Notes under the pieces: generated by a model | The model's input: the letters and a program-made list of their open reading frames with translations, nothing else | Told to the model about the DNA's origin: nothing | Database searches by the model: none | Part shown: positions 13,621 through 26,000 of the stretch, one piece after another | Numbering within the stretch: the stretch's first letter is position 1 | Layout: each line of letters starts with the position of its first letter | Made by a program: the position numbers and the translations under genes | From: Antedon mediterranea | Lineage: Eukaryota; Animalia; Echinodermata | Reading direction: 5' to 3' | NCBI RefSeq assembly: GCF_964355755.1 | Contig: NC_092674.1 | Location: 6,386,001-6,450,000 of the forward strand | Length of the DNA stretch: 64,000 nucleotides

Positions 13621-14076
13621 TGTATAGGCCTAGTTAATTAATTTTTTAATCATTTGTTTTAGTTGTTTATGTGAATTACAGTATAAATGTCGCTTAACTT
13701 TTCTTCTAAAAGGCCTATTTTAGACTCTACTCCTCTGCTGGCATGGTGCATGGTCTGCTAGCTAGAGGTAGGCAGGCCTTTAATCCTCTACTCTCCCTAG
13801 CAGCAAATAGGTCTAGGCTAGGCTAGGTCTTTCTGCCACCATCACCACTATTGTGGGTACCAGACAATGCATGTGATAGTATATACACAACATACTCAGC
13901 CCTTTGTAATTGATTATAATTGAGATCACACTTTAAATTTCAAATTATCTTTTTTTAATTTTGTTTCATCGCTGTTGTTGCTGTCCCATCATTTTTCGCT
14001 GTCGCATCAATAATAATCAATAATGTTAACAATCTATTTGCATTTTCAGTAGCGTAACTGATCAGGTGGGTTTAAT

Positions 14077-17000
14077 ATGACAGCCATCAGACACACCCTA
14101 CAGAGGGATGTATTCCTGCCTCAAGGAGAACGTTTAATTGACGTTGTTCATGTCAGCAAAACTGGAAAAAAGAAAAAAAGTAGTTTCCTTTGTGCAGCAA
14201 GTAAGTAACTAAGAATAAAATATCTTCCACTACTCAAATTGACTGTCAATCATATGGAATTAAGCGATTATTCATTAGAGAGTTTTTCGCACGTAAACGT
14301 TAATTTTAATGTCAACATAAATTATTGTTATTAATTTTTCAATGTTTTGTAGTTACTACAGATGCGCCAATTCGCGTATCTCTGTACAAAGTGAAGAAAG
14401 CCGACAAAGAAAATTTCAAGAAGAGGCAATGTTGGCTGCTCTCGGAACTGAAACAGGTTGATGGAAAAGATGCTGAAAAGGTATTTTATAATACAGTATT
14501 TTAACTTGCTTTATGTAATATCTTGTATTCAGTTGTACCAGTACTGGTATTTTAAAGGTTGTATGTTTTTCTGAAGTGATCAGTCAAAACCCTAACACTA
14601 GGTCAGTATTGAACCCTGAACCTTTGGATTGGAGGCTACCAAGCTACAGCTCCACAGGACCATTTATTATTTAAATATTTTTTTTTTTTTAGGATTTGCC
14701 AGATTTTGATCTGCACTTTGAGAAGATTTACAAGTGGATTGCGAGCAATGAGGTGGAGAAGAATAAATTCATCACCACACTGTGGAAGGTAAACCTGACA
14801 TTCCAATTTAATAATGTAAAAAATTAAAAAAAAAAATCATTTTTAGACTTTTTAATGAGTAAATCCGAAAAGGAAAAGTGATTAACTTATAAATAAATTA
14901 ATAAATTCTAGCTATGAAATATTTTTGAATGTTAATAGTTAAGCAGTCGTTACCAGAAAGACCGGCACAAACCCGAATTATTTGTCAATGTTAAGCCATC
15001 GCTACTAGAAGGTAATTATACTTATAAGCAATTATGTTGATTTAGATATTAAATACTTTATTAATATAATATGCGTTTATAATGTGCTATACATAACACA
15101 TAATCCCAAGGGCTGTACTGGCTGTGTATATACACAGGATAAAGACATTTTTAACTAGTAGTTTTAACTGTTAATGATTACTCATATATTCTTACTAAGA
15201 ATTCAATACCACTGTATAATAGATGAGAGAAAGTATCTATTACCATATCAACATTTATGCCATTGCATTGAGTAGTTATACATATTATTAGTTCATGGGA
15301 CCAACAACTTAATGTCTCATCCAATGCATGAGGGAATTTCAACTGATGGCAATAAGACACAGCAAGATGGCAGTGCCTTCCTAGTTTGGTAACATGATAC
15401 ATAAAGTAATTTACTTACTTTGTTTGTACTTAGAAACATTCATGATTGGAGACCAAGCTCTGCAGATCGAACTGATGGAGTCTGGAGACACCGGAGAGAG
15501 TGACTATCACGCGTTGTCCAAAAAAGAGGAAGATGATTTGCAGAAAATGATGAACGAGTGTGATTTTGCTATCGGAAATGCGGAAGCGTTTATGGAGAGG
15601 TTATCAAATGATCTTTCAGTTCTTGATGGGGTGAGTATTAATTTTAATCGATTTATAAGTAAAACTATGTCTTAAGCTCTGTCTACACTATCAAAGTTTA
15701 TGTGAAAAAAATGTGATGTGTCCCTATATATGGACATGATGATATCACTAACATAATTGGGCATATCACTACCATATTTAGGCAAACTTTTTTTGATAGT
15801 GTAGACAGAGCTTAACAAAGAGTACCAAAATGATTACTATGTGTATATTAATTTGTGTCTATAAGAGTGTTATTTATTTTGCAGGACAATATTCATTCAA
15901 TAATTGAGTCTCAACAAGAGGTTGCGAGATTAATGAACTTGCTTGATGATTCTTTACGTGTTGTCAACACACTCGACACAAAGCTGAATTCATATGATGA
16001 AATGCTTGAGGTTAGTTAAAGTAATATTTTAATAATTGTAATTTGACTATTGTAAATGTCTCCCATCGTCCTCCTTTAAGTTTTTGTTAATTTAAAGCTA
16101 TGTTTAATACACTAAAAAAATGTGATGTGCCCATATATGGACATGATGATGTCATGTCACTACCATATTGGGGCACATCAAATTTTTAGTGTAGACAGAG
16201 TTTAAAGGCCCAGATACAATCTACAAAGTAATTGTATTAATAAATTCAATAGTAAAGATACCCACCACAAATGTAGATTCAAACGTTCCCTGAACCATTC
16301 TGGTCATTTTGATCTCATGTAAATGGATTTGTGCAATAGCAAAAATTTGTGTGAACAAAAATACTCTCTTATATTGAAATAGATACTGTATACAGAGTAG
16401 TTTAATAAATAAATAATATTTCAAGTTAACTGGCAAGATCAATATGCTCTTTTACACTTAAAATACTTTAACATCTTATAAACAGTGATGTAGCCATACA
16501 AAATAAAGTGGTGCGGTTTTTGCAAGAAAAGGGAACAATCTCTGTTCAAGCCACTGTCTATGAAAAAGTGGTCAGGTTGAAACTTTACCAACAGTACTGG
16601 TGGCTACGGCCCTGATAAAGTAAAAACGTTACATTTTGATAGATCTTGTTTTAAATGACAAAAATGGTTATATTAATTATTCTATGCACTTTTAAAAAAA
16701 TTCATGTAGGGTGTTCGTGCCCACATGGAAGTCATGGAACAGAAAGATTCATCCATTCAAATCCAAAACCAAAACCAACACAAGTTACTGACAGAACTAG
16801 AAGCTCTGGTGAAGAAGCTAGAGTTGCCACATAGATACCAGATGATATTATTGGATGGAGATCTCAACAAACCAGTGGGAATCAGTGACTGCACCCAAGC
16901 AGCTCAGATTCTGCAACAAAAGATGGAAGTTAAGATTCATGATGGTAAGTCACAGAGATTTTAACATTAATGTAATATAACGATATACTTTTATATTTAA

Positions 17001-20000
17001 GAAATTGACCTTTGTATCGGAATTCAAATAGGTTCACAAACTTGACCCAGAAAGTCCAGAGGAGAGTTTTTCCAGATGTTTTAATGACCATTTAGTTTAT
17101 AATAGAATCCCTAAAGAAAACACTTAGCTTAATTTCGTGACTGTTCCCATCGTAAAACAATTAGATATTGACAGTTTTTAGCAGAGATTCGACAGGGCCA
17201 ATTCATCATTGTAACCTCCCCAGATAAGATCAATCATTCCCACTTAAACACCCCTGGACCAACTTAGGACCAATCGTTACCCTCTAAGATTACGTAGTGA
17301 CATATGCAAATGAACCGAGGGCCAATATACTCCCAAGTTTCAGAAGGGCCCAGAGACACCTTACAGCCACCTCACGGAGCACACACCTCACAGCCACTTC
17401 TTCAGAAGAACATCTACACTCTACAGCCACTTCTTCAGAAGAACATCTACACCTTACAGCCACTTCTTCAGAAGAACATCTACACCTCACAGCCACTTCT
17501 TCAGAAGCAGACCTACACACTTCACACCTCACCGACAGCATCATTGATCCTCCGTTCCTTATCTATACTTATAGTTGTATATTGTACTGAAGTATTATAC
17601 TGAATAAACAATATATGTGTTACGACAGTCAAGCGAGTCAGAGTCTTCATTAGTACCTCAACAACGCAACATTATATTACATTAATATGACTTATTATTC
17701 TGTTAGTCATGATTGTTGAATATGACATACTGTACTTACTCCCTCTGACTGGTAGCCTTTGGTGTATTCATAGTTTTTAAATTAATGTTGACAAGATTGA
17801 GTTTAAATTAATTTTTGAGAAATTAAGGATATCATAGTTAATGTTAAAGAAAACATTCTCTCAATATGTTATTAAGCTGAAAAGTGAGATTAAGTTGACT
17901 TTTCCATTCACTACAGTGGCAACAGATCACTCCTGCGTGTAACAGTGAACAGCCATAACTGACCAATCAGATGTCAGAACTAATATAATAAGTTTGTTGT
18001 TTGCTTGGCTGATGGTAACCCAAAGTGGTTCTTTACTATGGTGCTTACAATATTTGTGCTTAGAGGAAGATAATACCACTATATATATATTTATACTGGG
18101 TAACCTCTTCAGTCAAAGACTGGTCTCCCAGAGGGCCCAGTTGGTGATCAGTGGCTGTGATGTACTAATACACCGGGGTAACCCCCTACTCGTCTCGAAA
18201 GATGTACTAGGTTCTTTAAAGTGCACACGAGCAAGTTGTGTACACTGGACCTACGGTTTATAGTCCTTATCCGAGAAGACTCGTTCTACCACCAGAACCA
18301 TGGAGTGAGTGAGCCTCGAACCCCTGCCGATGTTATGGCTACGTGATTACGGTTCCACTGTCTTAACCGCTCGGCCACTCACCCACCAAATATCTATTGT
18401 CTTTGGTTATAGTTTATTATATAGTCTACAGATCACTTGTGCTATATTTTCAATCATGCCTCTCAGTCTCAGCCCAGTCATTGTTTGTACAGTATAATAG
18501 ATCATGATAATAAAATCCAGTGGTTAAAAATGTATATATTTTTTTGCAGGATTTTATAAAATGAATGCTGTTTTAAATCAACAGGAATTACTTATCAATT
18601 TACAAGATAGGTTTGCACAGCGCTTGGCAACTAACCTCAATAATATGTTTATACAACAGGTAAGAAGAATGGGTCAAATAGGAATTACAAAATGGCACCA
18701 CAGACTATGAAATGATAGTCCGAATCGGGTAGTTACTACAACTCTCACAATACCAGACTTTCTTTGGCCTAATATATCTGTTTTTCAAGAAATTTTTTGA
18801 TGGTAACAGAAGAAGTTAGAACCTGTTTTTGACCTCATTAAAAGTCTGGTTTTAGAAGATTTTTTGGTGTTTAGAGAGTCCAGTATTTAAATAGCTGACT
18901 ATGACTACTGTATTTATACTCTTTGGTTGCATGACATGCAATGGTAAAGTTTTTATGTAAAAGAATAGAGTGATATTATATATTGTAATGGTCTTGTAGT
19001 ATGATGGTTTTACTGCGTGCATACCAATCTCAGGATAGTCTGTTCAAATCCTGTTTTATGACTGGAAAGCTCTAGCTATAGCAAAATCGATTAAAATCCC
19101 TCAATAGATTATGAACTATTTAAAATATTTGATTTTGTTTTGTTTAGGGTAATGAGATGGCAATGAACACATTAGTTATTCACACTAAGAAGCAAACCCT
19201 ACCAAAGCACCATACAAATCACCGTGATCTGGTACCGTTTGCTGATCTCATGCAGTGGCTTAAAAGAGCTGACTTTATTAGCTACAAACAACTCTCTATG
19301 GTATGTATCAGTGGCATATAGTTTGGGTGGGTTAGGGTTGTTTGTGTGGGGTAGAAGTGTTTGTGTTGGCTAAGGGTGTTTGTGTGGACTAAGGGTGTTT
19401 GTGTGGACTAAGGTGTTTGTGTGGGGTATAGGGGTGTTTGTGTGGAGTAAGGGTGCTTGTGTTGGCTAAGGGTGCTTGTGTTGGCTAAGGGTATTTGTGT
19501 GGGCTAAGGGTGTTTGTGTGGAGGTGGGGTTGTTTGTGTGGGGTAGGGGTGTATGTGTTTACTAAGGGTGTTTGTGTGGGCTAAGGGTGCCTGTGTGGGC
19601 TAAGGGTGCCTGTGTGGGCTAAGGGTGTTTGTGTGGGGGTGGGGTTGTTTGTGTGGAGTAGGGGTGTTTGTGTTTACTAAGGGTGTTTGTGTGGACTAAG
19701 GGTGCTTGTGTGGACTAAGGGTGCTTGTGTTGGCTTGTGTTTGTGTGAGGTTGTAGTGTTTGCATTGTGTAAAGGTTTTAGAGTATGTTAATGTATGGTA
19801 GGTGTGTTTACGTTTGATACAAGTTTTTGGGTTTATAACATAATGAAACGTTTTTAAGGTGCCTCACAGCTGTCAAAAAATATATGTCATTATCAATGTT
19901 GTTTGTTTACAATAAAAGAATAGAAATTTTAAACCCGGAGCTACCCTTTAAATCCTGAATTTTGTCCTGATCCTTTGGTAAAGTACACACTTAAACTTGC

Positions 20001-23000
20001 TTTATTCGAATGGCTGGATGTTTGTCAGTGCATAATTAGCGACTAGACTATGTCGTGACATGTTAATTCATTATGCGCAGGCTCCCCATCTCGACACAGT
20101 TTTGATGGTTTCTAGGTCCAGGCGACGACTGACGACACATAATTTGACTTGACCTAGTTTGGTCGTCAATCATCGGTTGTAGAAGATCGAAATTTACTTG
20201 TCTTAATTTCCAGGTGTACACGGACAACTTAAAGAAGTTATACGAGAAAGAACTAAAAGACTTCTTTGAATCAGCCAAGCAGTCTCTGACAATCAAACCA
20301 CCGGTGCAAGACGCCAAGAAGTTTCAATTCCATCATAAGGAAGGCAAGTTAGGGTCACAGACTGACTTAACGCGGGTTGGTGCACGTTTGAAATCCTCAA
20401 CGCTTGATGACATGACGAGGCATTTCAACTCATCAGATGCTGACCTCACAGACAGCCAAAAGTTTGATTCTGTAAGAAATAATTATTACCAAGTCATTTT
20501 TTTTAGAACATACACGATGACTATATTAGATAATATTCATTGTAATAAATGTAATTTGATTAAATAAATTACATTGTAATTAAGTTATTTTGTACTAAAA
20601 TGTGTATAAACACAGAAATATGAGTACAATATAGAATGCAAGTAATTTACTGAATGTATATATGTTATATATGTATATGAGTGGAATAGAGAAAATATGT
20701 ATGAAAATTTGCACGAATAAAAATTCACATTCATTCAATTCAATTCAATTTCTTTATTGCTGAAATGCCATCAAGGGCTAATATCCGCTAAAACATACAT
20801 CATGCAAACATAATTATACATATTTACATTTAAAATTTAAACACATAAAAATTAGAGTCATTACTACTGTAGTAATTATTATTATTCTCTAACACACCTA
20901 CTGTTCTATTATTTACTAAACTATTGTTTACTTTGCAGGTTTTTATACAAATTTTGAATGAATTGCAGCCAACATGTGAGGCTGAGGAGGAATTTTGCTC
21001 GAAATTCTTTAGTTTAGGACGAGAGGATGTAAGTTGGATCATATTTATCATACTGTCATTGTAAATAATCAATAATCATACGTTTTCGATTATAATGCAT
21101 AATGTACACTTATTTACATATTTATTATTAATAAAACAATTATTTTTTCTACTTAGGAAGATGACTCGACTACTGAATATGATGGTGCAGTAACCAGTAA
21201 ATCAAAACGTGCTGAGTGAGTAAATTGAAATAAAATTACTTTTTTGTACTTGCCATTAGAAATAATAAAATAAATAATAATCAGAAAATAGTGGTTTATT
21301 TAGTTTAAATTAGATACCTTTATATCTTGCTATTTTATAACATTACACACAAATACTGTATCAATCAATCAATCAATCGTTCGATTTATATAGCGCCATT
21401 CCAACATTCATTGCTCATGGCGCTGTAGAAAAAAAAAATCAGAAAAGGTGAGTTTTGAGTAGTGACTAAAAGTGACTCAATAATGATGTGTGTTTAATGT
21501 TCAAGGGTAGGTGGTTCCAGAGTCTAGGTCCAGCAACACTGAAAATAATCTTAAATGCATAATTTATTTTCATTCCAGGGACAAGAAACATACTACAGAA
21601 TTAAGGTAATTTATAACACCACAAATCGATTTAATATTTTTATATAATATTTATTTGTAGTTTTGTTGTGTTGGCTATTGTGTTACAGACCCTTTCTACC
21701 TGTATTTTTTAAAGCCTCCATCATTGTGTTTATATAATATTTCTCTGTTAAAACAAGTTATGTAATTGTGATTACTAATGCTGTAGTACAGTATACAGTA
21801 AAATCTCTATTTTGAGGACACATTCGGGACCCAATAAGGTGTCCCCTTAATAGAGGCGTCCCCTGAATAGAGGTTGGCTGTAATCTTTAACTATTTTCTC
21901 TTCCCTTTCATGTGATAATGTCCCTGTAATAGAGGAGTTGGCAGTTAAATATACATTTTTACTCATTTCATGTGAAAGTGTCCTTTTATTAGGGGTGTTT
22001 CCAGAATAAGGTGTGTCCTAATAGGGGTGTCATGTTAATAGGGATGTCCCCAAAATAGCGGGTGTCTCCAAAATAAGGGTATCCTCTTATAATAGGGATG
22101 CCCTCTTAAGGCCAATTTACACAGACGAGCGGTAACGGTAAGCGGTAAAGTTGAGCGGAAAACGCAAAAATAGAATCTATGTTATTTCTTATGACCATTT
22201 ACACAGAACGCCGAGCGGTTGAGCGGAAATCCGCTCAGGATCGAAACAGATTCGATTTTGTGAAATTACCGCGCGGTAATTATGAATTCTGGCCAACCAA
22301 CGATATGATTGAAATGACGTCATCTATCAACAACTTTTTTTTTGCGTCCGTCGAGTCAAAGACGACAATAAATACGAGTGCCGTAGTAGGCCTAGCCTAT
22401 TTTGCAACTTCTTTTTATTCAGAAATACAAACACCTACGACGTGAATAATTGTTTGTATAAGGATAGTGAAAAGAAAATATACATTTTAGTACGTTATTA
22501 GGCAACAAGTCCCTCTAAAACTTCGGCCTGTGTGTGCTAGGCCTACTGACAGTCAGTCACATCCAGGCCAGCAGTGACTGTAACATGCATTAGCCTCGAG
22601 GCCTACACGCACCTACTTTCCACCACTCCGTTCGCCAACTCCGCGCGCTGTGTAAATGGGAAAAGCCACGCGGTTTTTCGCTTACAATTACCGCTTACCG
22701 TTACCGCTCGTCTGTGTAAATTGGCCTTTAATCGGGATGTCCCCTAAATAGGGGTTGTTCTAAAAGAAGAATTCTAGTGTAGTTTAAATATATTGGTTGT
22801 CAACTCGATTCCACAATACTTCTTTGCCTTTTTTGCAGACCTTTTAAAAGCTCAAGGTACAGTATGCATTGCTTGCAAGGACTTAGTTACACAAGTTGTT
22901 ATGCAATTTAATTAATAAACAAATTAATTATTATTATGATTGCAAACAAATTTAACACTACTACAAATATTAACCCTTTTTAACCAAAAACTTAAATATA

Positions 23001-26000
23001 TAATTGATTATGTCATAAAAAGCAATTTCTTTATTGAACTTCAATACGGTGTATTTATATAAAAACCAATCGTTTACTACAAATATTTATCCTTTTTAAC
23101 CAATAACTTAAATAATAAATTGATTATGTCTTAAAAATCAATTTCTATATTGAACTATTAACAGTACTGTGTATTTATATAAAAACAATCGTTTCACTAA
23201 TCGTCCTAATTTATGAATTAATTTTTCTATGTATAAATAAATTAATATAAAATCAATTTTTACTTTTGATTACTAATTTAACTAACTTTTTTTTAAATTC
23301 AAAAATGAAAGGCAATAGAGAAACTAAATGTGGGTATTTTAATACTAAACCTGATTGTTTATAGTCAACGTATAATTTACTAACTTTCAGTTATCTGATG
23401 TAAAAGGAAAATCAGAGAGCATATTTTAAAATGGTTGTGCAGACAATTTCTTCACATGTTATAACAAAAGCGTTTTGATTACTGTTTTTTTTAGCCTATG
23501 ATTAATTTGCCAAACACTAAATTTATTTTCATTCATTTAAAAATAACTATCAAACTGATTTTAATTTTTTTATTTTATTATTTTAACTAATTAGTATAAA
23601 CCACTAACTAATTTGTTAGCCCAACAAATTTTAATATTTAAACTCGGAAGACCAAACAATAATTTATTTATTTATCATTTTGCATGGAAATTCCTTTTTT
23701 TATACTATTTTCTTTTAAAAATATGACTTTATATAAATGTCATAACTTGAATGATTTACTTGAGTATAAGCATGGTAGTTTATGCTAATTAGTTTATGCT
23801 AATTAGATTATGCTAATTAGATTATGCTAATTAGTACATCATATGATATGTTTATCAAATCACAGTATTTTTCACAGTGTTTCGTTTGTGTTTTTCTGTA
23901 TATAACATTATTTGTGTTTATTTAATTGTTTATGTTTATTCATATATTAGCACTGATCACCAATAATATTGGAAAGAAAAAACAATATATACAATGTTAT
24001 GCATTGTTCAATTGACACTGTATTACTAGTCTTTAATACAATTGAAAAATAACCCAACCCAATTTTAACCCTAAAATATATCAAAGAATAACTAAAAGTC
24101 TGAGCTGTTTCCAATTAAAATTTTATATTTGACTCTTAAATTATTTAATATTGTATTGTTATACTCCTTTAAACAACAAGGTAACTAATTATATCTACAA
24201 ATATTTGTGTGGTAATATTTTCTAGTAGTTATTAAAATTCTCACATGATTACTTACATTTTTATAATTTCTTTCAGGCATATGATGGCAGAACTGTTTTA
24301 TGTTCTTGAGCCGGAGATGAAATCTTTTATTCGATTTGCAGAAAAAATAGATCCAATGTAAGTTTAAATAGTCTACTCTTTGAGTACATCATCCCATAAT
24401 GCACTTGTTTTCCTCTATAATTATTGATACTTATTATAATTGCACTGCTGCTGTGAGTCTATATATTTTCAGCATAAGGAGCTTTTTATTTGCGATGAAC
24501 TATGAATTAGATATTGTTATTGTTACGTTTGTTATTATTTATTTATACTGGTCAAAGACTGGTATCCCAGAGAGCCCAGTTATGATCAGTGACTGTGATA
24601 TACTAGTACACCGGGGTAATCCTTTTCTTGTATCGAAAGATGTACTAGGTTCTTTAAAGTGCACATGAGCTGGATGTTTACACTGAACCTACGGTTTATA
24701 GTACTTATCTGACTTGTTCTACCACCAGAACCATTGAGCAAGTGAGCCTTGAACCCTTGCTGATGTTATGGCTATGTAATTACGGTTCCACTGTCTCAGC
24801 CACTCACTCGCTAATATTTCATGTTAATTCTATTTATTTTTCAGTTACATCTTGTATATGCTAGTACGGATCAGTAGACAGGTCTTGTCCAAGGAGCACA
24901 AAGATTCTAGATCGTTTCTTAGCATCGTTCTTGCCAACTGTCTAGTGGAAGTCAAGAGGAATGTGGATACCTATGTGGTAAGATAAGGAGGATGAAAATA
25001 GTGAGAGGGAGGTTGATAGGATGGTGATTATGAGGTTGATAGGATGGTGATGATGAGAAAAAGGGTTGTGATGAGAAGGATGATGATATGTTGGAGGAGA
25101 GGAAGATAATTAAAGCTAGGGGTGCCTTTTGTTTTTATTTGTGTGGTAAGATAAGGCAGAGGATGGTAGAAGTGTCATGATGATGATGTTAGCGACGAGG
25201 AGGATCATAGTGAATAGGAGGAGGATGATAGGATGATGGAAAAGAGGATGATAATTAGCCCTATGCGGATCGACCCAACAATTGGAAAAAAGCTAGGGTT
25301 GCCTTTTATTGGCAAAAAGATAAAAAATAGATTTTATATAAAAAAAATGGACATCTTTATTCAGTTGACATGACTTGCATGAATGCCAGCTATTAGCTTA
25401 ATTTACAATTTAGTTCAGTAGTAGTTTTTGGTAAGAATTCATATTTATTATTGTAAACGCTTCATTTCAACTATTGGTTGCTTTTGAGTATTTTATACCA
25501 GTCAAATGTCAACTAAAATAAAAACAAAAAAATTCAGACCGACCAACCCTGTTTTTAATTAATGCTATACATTATTTTTTTGCCATTATGTTGATCCAAT
25601 GTATATTTTATTCATCTCGCAGGATAATCAAGTTCGAACAATCAATGAGATAAGAGTATCAAAGAAGAGTAAATGTGGTATTCTACCATTCGTAGTCACC
25701 TTCGAAAGGTTTGCCGAGCAAGCTGAATCAATCTTTAAAGGGACAGACAGACGGGCCGACCTTGATAAGTCGTACAGTAAACTTATATCAGCTCAGTTTA
25801 AAGCAATACACAAGATCGCAATAGAACACCAGAAAACCCCTAGTGATGTCGTTATATTTGGTAAGAACTAGTTTGTGACTTCCAAAGTCCAACCCCTAAG
25901 GTTTATCGCAAATACCTTGATTTCGCTAGAAATGCATAATTTTCCCTTCCTTTTCCCTTCCCATTATGCATCGCTCACGCCATTTGCGATAAACCTTATT

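Noticed and set aside
17290-17603. Repetitive ORFs in several frames
   Set aside because: They are an artefact of a stop-free 39-bp tandem repeat inside an LTR.
19325-19770. Interstitial telomeric repeat
   Set aside because: There is only an isolated TTAGGG, and the unit is a ~19-bp minisatellite.
22960-23195. ~117-bp direct duplication (also the 32030/32246 pair)
   Set aside because: An ordinary local tandem duplication with no further structure.
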